A DNA stretch of 64,000 nt, taken from assembly GCA_050948905.1 (NCBI GenBank), contig JBMNES010000001.1, forward strand, positions 1,105,155 through 1,169,154. Reading direction: 5' to 3'. The position numbers and the translations under genes are program-made. Under the pieces are notes generated by a model. The model was not told where the DNA came from. It did no database searches and saw nothing but the letters and a program-made list of their open reading frames with translations. This DNA comes from Armatimonadota bacterium. Its GTDB lineage: Bacteria > Armatimonadota > UBA5829. This document shows positions 27,235-34,830 of the stretch, piece after piece. Every line of letters starts with the position of its first letter. Position 1 is the first letter of the stretch.

Positions 27235-28326
27235 ATGAGAGTATACATCGGCGCCACTCGTCAGAACGATGGTAAGACAATAACCAGCCTCGGACTTATT
27301 TCCGCGTTCAAGAAGAGGCTAAGCAACGTCGGCTACACAAAACCGGTCGGCCAGCGTTATGTCGAGATTGACGGCGCGAAGATAGACGAAGACGCGCTGC
27401 TGGTGAAGACCATATATAAACCGGACTGCGAAGTTGGGGATATGTCGCCGATCGCCATTCCGAGGTATTTTACGGAGAATTATATAGACTCTCCCAATCG
27501 CCCGGAACTAATCGGCGCCATTACTTCAGCGTTCGAGCGGGTGAGGGTTGGCAAGGATATAGTTGTGGTCGAAGGCACAGGGCACGCCGGGGTGGGGTCG
27601 GTTTTCGATTTGTCCAACGGAGATGTAGCGGCACTGCTTAAAAGCAAGGTCGTGCTAATCTCTTCCGGAGGCATAGGAAGGCCGATCGACGAGATAATGC
27701 TCAATAAGGCGATGTTCGACGCAGCCGGGGTGACGGTCGTCGGAGCCATTATAAATAAGGTAGAGGAAGCGAAATACGAGAAGGTCAGCCATTACGTCAA
27801 ACTTGGGCTGGAGCGCAAGGGCGTCGAGTTGCTCGGGGTGATGCCGTACAGGTCTGTGCTGTCCAGCCCGACTATCGGCCAGTTGCTGGAGGACATCGAC
27901 GGCAAGTTGTTGAGCGGCAACAGGGGTCTGCATAACAGCGTCGAAAAGACCGTTATCGGCGCTATGCCGCCGCATCAGGCGCTGGATTATCTCACCAAAG
28001 GCGCGCTGCTTATCACTCCGGGGAGTCGTGAGGACCTTATTTTAACTGCTGTAAGTTCTTGTCTGGTGGGATGTGAAGAAGGCCCGGCGATCGCGGGAAT
28101 GATACTGACAGGCGGTACTCCTCCGCAGCCGAACGTCGCGCAGTTGCTGGATAAGATAGCCATCCCGGTTATTCTGGTCGAGGACGACACTTATTCGGTG
28201 GCGTCCCGTATAGCGAAGCTGATTATCAAGATCAGGCCGGGGGATTTCGAGAAGATCAACGCGGCGGAGGCTATTGTCGACGAGTTCGTCGATGTGGATC
28301 GCATTTTGGAGAAGCTGCACGATTAA
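27235..28326 (+). CDS. DRTGG-domain protein resembling the N-terminal (BioD-like P-loop plus DRTGG) region of phosphotransacetylase
   Basis: MRVYIGATRQNDGKTITSLGL P-loop-like start; VVVEGTGHAGVGS; LLITPGSREDLILTAV...GMILTGG. ATG 27235 follows GGAGGA. Confidence 0.65.
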   Translation: MRVYIGATRQNDGKTITSLGLISAFKKRLSNVGYTKPVGQRYVEIDGAKIDEDALLVKTIYKPDCEVGDMSPIAIPRYFTENYIDSPNRPELIGAITSAFERVRVGKDIVVVEGTGHAGVGSVFDLSNGDVAALLKSKVVLISSGGIGRPIDEIMLNKAMFDAAGVTVVGAIINKVEEAKYEKVSHYVKLGLERKGVELLGVMPYRSVLSSPTIGQLLEDIDGKLLSGNRGLHNSVEKTVIGAMPPHQALDYLTKGALLITPGSREDLILTAVSSCLVGCEEGPAIAGMILTGGTPPQPNVAQLLDKIAIPVILVEDDTYSVASRIAKLIIKIRPGDFEKINAAEAIVDEFVDVDRILEKLHD

Positions 28327-28331
28327 CGCTT

Positions 28332-29645
28332 ATGACCTACCAGCAATCCCTTGAATATCTCGATAGTCTGCTTAAATTCGGCATAAAGTTCGGCTTGGAG
28401 CGCATCAGCGCTCTGGCCGCGGCTTTTGGCGACCCTCACAAACAGCTTCGCGTGATACATGTCGCCGGAACCAACGGCAAAGGCAGCACGTGTACCTTCA
28501 TCGCGTCGATCCTGCGCGAGGCGGGTTATCGCACGGGTTTATATCTTTCGCCGTATGTCTTTGACGTGCGGGAGCGCATCCAGGTAGATGGCAAATATAT
28601 CTCCGAGGAGGAGTTCGCCGAGCTTGCCTCCGAAATTAAGCTCGCCGCCGATAAAATAGGGCAGACTGAGCTTGGGCCGGTCACTGAGTTTGAAGTAAAG
28701 ACTATGATGGCCTATCTCTACTTTGTGCGAAAAGGTGTCGACTTCGCGGTGCTGGAGGTCGGAATGGGCGGAAGGTTCGATGCGACCAACATCGTCTCTC
28801 CGCTGGTTTCCGTCATCACCTCAATCAGCCTCGATCATACCGACCGGCTCGGCGATACGGTCGAAAAGATAGCATTCGAGAAGGCCGGCATCATAAAGAA
28901 CGGCTCGATGTTGGTCACTGCGGTCGATGACGATGCGGCGTGGCGGGTGATTTTGGACAGAAGCCGGCAGGAAGGCGTGGAGATCTGGCGTGTTATGAGC
29001 TCGCATGCCCGACACCCGTCCTCCCCGTCCGCTGATGTGCAATTCAGATATTCGACCAAAGGGGACAGCTTTTCTCTTTCCGGCGGGGAGATGAAGCTGA
29101 TCGGGTTAAAGCCTTCTCTAATCGGCGCATTCCAACACGCCAATGCTGCCACGGCTGCTGTCGCCATTAAAGCGCTGGAGAGATATGAGGTACGCATCAC
29201 TTCTCAGGCTATAGCCGCCGGGATAGCAAACGCGGCCATACCAGGGCGAATGCAGGTGTTGCGCAATGACCCGACCGTGGTCATCGATGGCGCACACAAC
29301 CCGGACGCTGCGGCAAAACTGGCACGAGCGATAACAGAGCGATTCAGCTATGATCGTTTGATCCTTGTCATCGGCATGACCAACTCACACTCCCCTCAAA
29401 AGGTGCTGCGCAAGCTCGCCCCTCTCGCCAATAAAGTGATCGTTACTCAGTCTCAATGGTTCAAGGCCACTCCATCCCAGCAGATCGCAGACGTGGCTCT
29501 GAAGATGGGGGCCGACGTCGAAGTGGTTGAGCCTGTAACAGAAGCGGCGAAGCACGCAATAAAAATCGCAAACCCCCGTGATCTGGTTCTTATAACCGGT
29601 TCTTTTTACACCATTGGCGAAGTCAATACCAACAACCTCAAATAG
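28332..29645 (+). CDS. folC: Bifunctional folylpolyglutamate synthase/dihydrofolate synthase
   Basis: Mur-ligase P-loop HVAGTNGKGST. FolC-like N-terminus (YQQSLEYLDSL..FGIKFGLERI). Confidence 0.9.
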   Translation: MTYQQSLEYLDSLLKFGIKFGLERISALAAAFGDPHKQLRVIHVAGTNGKGSTCTFIASILREAGYRTGLYLSPYVFDVRERIQVDGKYISEEEFAELASEIKLAADKIGQTELGPVTEFEVKTMMAYLYFVRKGVDFAVLEVGMGGRFDATNIVSPLVSVITSISLDHTDRLGDTVEKIAFEKAGIIKNGSMLVTAVDDDAAWRVILDRSRQEGVEIWRVMSSHARHPSSPSADVQFRYSTKGDSFSLSGGEMKLIGLKPSLIGAFQHANAATAAVAIKALERYEVRITSQAIAAGIANAAIPGRMQVLRNDPTVVIDGAHNPDAAAKLARAITERFSYDRLILVIGMTNSHSPQKVLRKLAPLANKVIVTQSQWFKATPSQQIADVALKMGADVEVVEPVTEAAKHAIKIANPRDLVLITGSFYTIGEVNTNNLK

Positions 29646-29772
29646 CCCGCTCCCCTCAAAAAGTTAGCCAATCTCAGCCGCAATTAAGGAATGAATAATC
29701 TGTGGCGGCCAGGCTGTCGTTGTTACATCACCTGGTAATATTACCTGATTTCGTGGAACTTGTACGCATCCA

Positions 29773-29802
29773 TTGACAATCGACTTATGTCAAGGGTAAG
29801 AT
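29773..29802 (+). promoter_or_regulatory. Sigma-70-type promoter candidate far upstream of giant gene 1
   Basis: TTGACA (29773-29778), 18-nt spacer, TAAGAT (29797-29802). It would give a leader of about 510 nt. Confidence 0.3.
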
Positions 29803-30185
29803 GCAGGTAGAGGGCATGGCTGCCGGATAGGGTTTGTCGGCAGCAAATTCGCCCGCCGGGAGGTTGATGACCATTCGGTCAGCAGGCTCGCTGCCCAGAG
29901 AATCCTGGGTGTAGTCGTCAGGAGGTATACAATTGAACACCAGCCCGGGCTTTATGAACGCGGCAGGGTTCTGGGCGCTGGATTTGATTGCTTTAGGGGC
30001 AGCTACTGCAATCGGTAAATCAGCGCCGCTTAGTGAGTACACCGCCGACCTCACAGGTTGCCGTCGCGCAGCGCACGATGCAGTTGCCGGCAGTCGCTTT
30101 GCCTGGCATGCAGCACCGTGCGCGCGTTTGCGTCTGGTGACAAAATACCAGCGAGAGAAAAAGCAGACTTTCTATATTACTAATG

Positions 30186-30225
30186 AAACGCGAAAGCGCG
30201 AAAGAAGCGAAAGCCAGAAATAATG
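30186..30225 (+). repeat. Dispersed ~40-nt GCGAAAG-repeat element, copy A
   Basis: AAACGCGAAAGCGCGAAAGAAGCGAAAGCCAGAAATAATG. About 90 percent identical to the reverse complement of 43931-43970. Confidence 0.8.
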
Positions 30226-30315
30226 CACTAGCTCAATCGGACTTCGAAGCTCGGATATCGAACATCGAAGCTTGTGCTGATGGTGGCTGGTCAGCTTGAA
30301 GGGTTGAAAAATTTT

Positions 30316-33300
30316 ATGAGAAAATCAGCATTTATATTATTGTTAGTCTTTGCAGCAGTCGCTTGCTCGCAAATGGCGATCGCCGCTGAGTTCCGTGCGT
30401 TCTGGGTTGATGCGTGGGGAACGGGTGCGATGAACCAGACGCAGGTGAATACGCTGCTCGGCACGGTCGGCACATCGCAGGGCGGTCAATTGCGCGACGC
30501 CAACTGCAATGCGATCGTAATTCAAGTGAGGCGCAACTGCGACGCCAACTACCCGTCGCAGATGGGAGAGCCGTATATGTCGGGGCTTACTCCTTCTAAC
30601 TTTAACGCCCTGCAGGCGGTTATAAATGCTGCTCACGACACCACCGGCGGCAAAAAACGCCTCGAAGTCCACGCGTGGATAGTCTCATTCCGAACCAGTG
30701 GCGGATTAGTGTACAGCCAGCACACCAGCACCCCTACCGCCAGCCTGACAGATTATGACAATTACTGGATTTCGCGCTTGAACACAGGCGCGGAAGTCGA
30801 CGACAAATCGATGGACCCTGGCCATCCCCTCGTGTCGGAATATACGGCCAATGTGGCTATGGATATAGTGACACACTTCGATGTCGACGCAATTCATTAT
30901 GACTATATCAGAACCGGCGGCAATGCCGAAGGCTACAACCCGACGAGCGTGGCTCGATATAACGACTTGAAGGGCAAGACAGGAACACCAGCCGCCACCA
31001 ATGCTGAGTGGCAGCAGTGGCGACGAGATCAGATTACTGCGGTTGTCAGGAAGATATACTCCAAAATCCAGGCGATCAAGCCGTCGGTTAAGCAGACTGC
31101 CTCTGTAGTCACCTGGAACCCCTCGCCGACAGCTTCAACCCGCGCCGCTTTCCAGGCGACCCGGCCGTATTATGACGTTTACAGCGACTGGGATAGCTGG
31201 CTTGAGGAAGGCATCGTCGACGCTGTAATGCCGATGACTTATTATAATAACGCCTCCCTGCCTACCGACTATAAGAAGTGGATGAACTACCAAAAAGACC
31301 GCCACCACAATCGACATATGTATATCGGGCCAGGCATCTATCTGAACTCGCTGGACAACTCTATTCTGCAGCTTCAGCTAACACGAGACCCATCCCCTGC
31401 CGGCAACTACGCGGAGGGCTATTGCGGCTATTCATATAGAGTTCCTTATATTAACGGAACCTGGGCGAATCAGTTCGGTGCACGGGTGAAGAACGAAGTA
31501 AACCCAACCTGGACCGATATCCCGGTGATGACCTGGAAGTCCAATCCGACAAAGGGGCATATCAGCGGCACTATCACCGATTATGCCACGGGTAAATGGA
31601 TCGACGGGGCGAAGGTGACTCTCAGCGGGGCTGCGTCGCGCACGCAATACTGTGACGGCACCGGGTTTTACTCTTTTATCGATCTCGCACCGGGAACATA
31701 CACTGTAACTGTACAAAAAACTGGCACTCCGGCTCGACCGAAGAGCTATCCGACCATGAGCAAAACGGTGACAGTCGCTATCGGCGCTGTGACGGGAAAT
31801 ATGTATGTCACGAACTTCCAACTCGGCGGGGATGTGCCTCCGCAGATAAGCAATGTTAATGCGACTAACGTGACCAACACTGCGGCGACCATAACCTGGA
31901 CCACCGACCCGTCCGGTACTACGCAGGTTGAATACGGTAAGACTACGAGCTATGGATCCTCGACCACGCTCAACAGCAGCCTCGTAACTTCGCACTCGCA
32001 GACCATCACCGGCCTGACACCGAAGACGCTGTATCACTATCGAGTGAAGTCGAACAACAGCAACGGTAACTCGGTTTCAGGTGATTATACGTTTACGACC
32101 AGCGGCCAACCAGCGATTTCGGGGGTTGCCACAGCTTCTGTGGGCGCGACATCGGCCACAATTATCTGGGCCACCGACGTTCCGGCGGATAGCAAGGTTA
32201 ATTATGGACTCACCACCGGTTACGGCAGCCAGAAGTCTGATGCAGCGCAGCAGACGACTCACAGTATCACACTGACCGGGCTTGCTGAGAATACTACTTA
32301 TAATTATCAGTGCGTATCGACCAACCCCTACGGGACAGCAACGTCGACCAACTTTACTTTCAAGACTCAGTCTGCTCCGACTGAGATAATCGTAGATAAC
32401 GTGGATGCGACCTTCACCGGGACCTGGAGCACAGGCACCGGAGGCTATAACGGAAACTACAGATATATTTATAACGGCAAATCTACTGCCACCTCTTCGG
32501 CGACATTCACGCCGAACCTGGCGGCCGGCCGCTATGATGTCTATGTCTACTACCCATCGCATACCAGCGCCACCACTAAGGCGCCGTTTACTATTTATCA
32601 TATGGATGGCACCACAGCCGCTTCGGTCAATCAGACGACCAATACAGGCACGTGGGTTAAGATTGGGGACAATCTGCGATTTGATGCAGGCACCAACGGT
32701 TATGTCACGCTGGGAATATACACCGGCGAAACTAACAAAACGAAATACGTCCTGGCTGACGCGGTCAAGTTTGTGTATGTTGGTGAGCTTGGGCCGCCTG
32801 ACCTTATCGTGAACAATGGTGATGCCGGCACCTCATTCACTGGCACCTGGAACGAGGGGACCTATGGCGGCGGTTACAATAATGATTACACGTTCGCCGA
32901 TTGTGCCGCCACTGTTACGGCTACATATAAATGGACACCGACGGTTCCTCAAACCGCTCTTTACGACGTATATTGCTGGTATAACACCGGCGCAAACAGG
33001 GCCACCGACGCAAACTATACCATTCGACACGCTGACGGCACCAAGTCGGTGCAAATAAATCAGCAGACCAACGGATCGCAGTGGGTGCTGCTGTCTTCCG
33101 GGTTGAAGTTCAACGCGGGCACAGGCGGATATGTGATGCTGGATAACAAGGCCAGCAACAACGTCGTGATCGCAGACGCCATCAGATGGGTCTATGCCGG
33201 CCCGGCGCCTGTGATAGACGACACACCGCCTACGATATCCATAAGCAACCCATCAGCATCGTTGACCAAGTCCGGCCCGATTACCTACACGGTCAACTAC

Positions 33301-34689
33301 GCCGACGATATCGGGGTCAGCGCGATCACACTGACCAGCGCAAACATAACCCTGCATAAAACCGGCACCGCCAACGGAATTGTGACGGTTTCCGGCACGG
33401 GCACTGCTTCGCGCACGGTCACTATTTCTAACATTAGCGGCGACGGGCTGATGAGTATATCCATCGCCGCAGGCACGGCAAGCGACGCTGCTGGCAATCT
33501 GGCGCCGGCTGCCGGCCCTGCACCTTCTTTCTACGTGGATAACACCAAACCGGAAGTCTCGCTCGATTCTCCGTCGACTGAGATGACAACTTCCGGCCCG
33601 GTGACCTATACGGTAACCTACGACGACGCTACTGCAGTGACTTTGACGAGCGCTAACGTTACGCTTAATAAGGCCGGCACGGCTAACGGAACTGTGGCTG
33701 TATCCGGCTCCGGTAACTCTTCGCGCACGGTCACTATTTCCAATATAACCGGCGACGGGACACTCGGCATTTCAGTGGCTGCGGGCACCGCCAGCGACAA
33801 TGCGGGCAACCTCGCCGATGCGGCCGGGCCGTCGTTGACGTTCGTTGTCGATAACACTGCTCCGAGCGTGGCCAACGTCACTGACGAGACTTACACTATC
33901 TCCAAGTCGAAGCTGAACGCATCGTGGGTGGCTTCTGATGCCGGTTCCGGGGTTGCAAATTGCGAATACGCAGTGGGCACAACACCTGGCGCTGCTAATA
34001 TCAAAGGCTGGACCGACGCAGGTAATGCGACTTCGGCTGAGATTACAGGACTTTCTCTGCAGGTCAACGGCGTCTACTATGTCTCTGTTCGCGCAGTCGA
34101 TAATGTCGGTCTGACCTCTGCGGTGGTCTCTTCTGCTGGGGTGCGTGTGGCGCAGCCAGTCGATAGTATTCCTGCGACCAGGGATCTGCCCAATGGCTCC
34201 GTGGTGTTGCTGCCTGCGAGGGTCGTGACTGCGGCGTTCGACGGCAGGTTCTATATTGAGGAGGACAACCGGGCGGCTGGTATTCAGGTGCAGAGCGCGG
34301 ATTCGACCGCGGTAGGCCAGTCTGTCTCGGTTTACGGCATACTCGGCATGAACGATGGCGAGCGCGCGATCACTAACGGCAAAATCGACCAGGCTGCTCC
34401 TGGCACGGCTATAATGCCGCTTATGGTGACAGGAAAATCTGTTGGCTCGGCGGGAAGTGCGGAACTATATAATATCGGACTTCTGCTGAGAACTGCAGGA
34501 AGAGTCACCAATAAAGGAGCCGGTTGGTTCAGTATAAGTGATGGATCGGGTGTGACCGTAAAGGTCTATTCCGGCAAAGCCGTCAACACCGGCGCGTTTG
34601 TCGGGGCGACCGGGATCAGTATCCTCGAAGGCAATCAGAGGGTTATTCGAACCCGTTTTGAGAGTGACGTGCGCGTATACGCGCCTTAA
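30316..34689 (+). CDS. Giant secreted mosaic protein 1: GHL10/DUF187-like head, CarboxypepD_reg-like, 2x FN3, 2x golvesin/Xly-CBD-like, 2x Ig-like repeats, shared C-terminal module
   Basis: ATG 30316 gives signal peptide MRKSAFILLLVFAAVACSQMAIA. Head: EFRAFWVDAWG...NCNAIVIQVRRNCDANYPS...HYDYIR...PMTYY. Then GHISGT..DGTGFYSFIDLAPGTYTV; FN3 (ATITWTTD...YHYRVKS); IIVDNVDATFTGTW...ADAVKFVYVG. Confidence 0.8.
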   Translation: MRKSAFILLLVFAAVACSQMAIAAEFRAFWVDAWGTGAMNQTQVNTLLGTVGTSQGGQLRDANCNAIVIQVRRNCDANYPSQMGEPYMSGLTPSNFNALQAVINAAHDTTGGKKRLEVHAWIVSFRTSGGLVYSQHTSTPTASLTDYDNYWISRLNTGAEVDDKSMDPGHPLVSEYTANVAMDIVTHFDVDAIHYDYIRTGGNAEGYNPTSVARYNDLKGKTGTPAATNAEWQQWRRDQITAVVRKIYSKIQAIKPSVKQTASVVTWNPSPTASTRAAFQATRPYYDVYSDWDSWLEEGIVDAVMPMTYYNNASLPTDYKKWMNYQKDRHHNRHMYIGPGIYLNSLDNSILQLQLTRDPSPAGNYAEGYCGYSYRVPYINGTWANQFGARVKNEVNPTWTDIPVMTWKSNPTKGHISGTITDYATGKWIDGAKVTLSGAASRTQYCDGTGFYSFIDLAPGTYTVTVQKTGTPARPKSYPTMSKTVTVAIGAVTGNMYVTNFQLGGDVPPQISNVNATNVTNTAATITWTTDPSGTTQVEYGKTTSYGSSTTLNSSLVTSHSQTITGLTPKTLYHYRVKSNNSNGNSVSGDYTFTTSGQPAISGVATASVGATSATIIWATDVPADSKVNYGLTTGYGSQKSDAAQQTTHSITLTGLAENTTYNYQCVSTNPYGTATSTNFTFKTQSAPTEIIVDNVDATFTGTWSTGTGGYNGNYRYIYNGKSTATSSATFTPNLAAGRYDVYVYYPSHTSATTKAPFTIYHMDGTTAASVNQTTNTGTWVKIGDNLRFDAGTNGYVTLGIYTGETNKTKYVLADAVKFVYVGELGPPDLIVNNGDAGTSFTGTWNEGTYGGGYNNDYTFADCAATVTATYKWTPTVPQTALYDVYCWYNTGANRATDANYTIRHADGTKSVQINQQTNGSQWVLLSSGLKFNAGTGGYVMLDNKASNNVVIADAIRWVYAGPAPVIDDTPPTISISNPSASLTKSGPITYTVNYADDIGVSAITLTSANITLHKTGTANGIVTVSGTGTASRTVTISNISGDGLMSISIAAGTASDAAGNLAPAAGPAPSFYVDNTKPEVSLDSPSTEMTTSGPVTYTVTYDDATAVTLTSANVTLNKAGTANGTVAVSGSGNSSRTVTISNITGDGTLGISVAAGTASDNAGNLADAAGPSLTFVVDNTAPSVANVTDETYTISKSKLNASWVASDAGSGVANCEYAVGTTPGAANIKGWTDAGNATSAEITGLSLQVNGVYYVSVRAVDNVGLTSAVVSSAGVRVAQPVDSIPATRDLPNGSVVLLPARVVTAAFDGRFYIEEDNRAAGIQVQSADSTAVGQSVSVYGILGMNDGERAITNGKIDQAAPGTAIMPLMVTGKSVGSAGSAELYNIGLLLRTAGRVTNKGAGWFSISDGSGVTVKVYSGKAVNTGAFVGATGISILEGNQRVIRTRFESDVRVYAP
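33220..33852 (+). repeat. Intragenic tandem duplication (two ~0.31-kb units encoding Ig-like modules) inside giant gene 1
   Basis: Unit A (~33220-33540) and unit B (33541-33852) share long near-identical stretches. Example: TCGCGCACGGTCACTATTTC occurs in both. At protein level, ITYTVNYADD..LTSANITLHKTGTANG aligns with VTYTVTYDD..LTSANVTLNKAGTANG. Confidence 0.8.
34150..34686 (+). other. Shared C-terminal module, copy in giant protein 1
   Basis: VVTAAFDGRFYIEEDNRAAGIQV...VGQSVSVYGILGMNDGERAI...YNIGLLLRTAGRV...FSISDGSG...GAFVGATGI...ESDVRVYAP. Aligns with the C-termini of giants 2-4. Confidence 0.75.
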
Positions 34690-34763
34690 ACTGGATTCAA
34701 CGGACGGAATCTTAAGATGGCCAGGATGGCAGCGATCGGGTTTGGCTTGTGGTAATGCTTTTG

Positions 34764-34796
34764 GCCCCGGACAGGTGTTGTGACGCCGTCCGGGGC
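34764..34796 (+). other. GC hairpin between giant genes 1 and 2 (no U-tract)
   Basis: GCCCCGGAC-15 nt-GTCCGGGGC. The ORF-track GTG start 34780 of gene 2 lies inside its loop. Confidence 0.35.
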
Positions 34797-34830
34797 TGAG
34801 CTACCGTGCTGGGTTCTGGAGGAGATTCAC

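Noticed and set aside
29785-30223. Two overlapping small ORFs (89 aa on the minus strand, 96 aa on the plus strand) in the leader of giant gene 1
   Set aside because: Neither has an RBS or a recognisable motif, and they overlap each other on opposite strands. I kept them only as part of the unexplained-leader finding.
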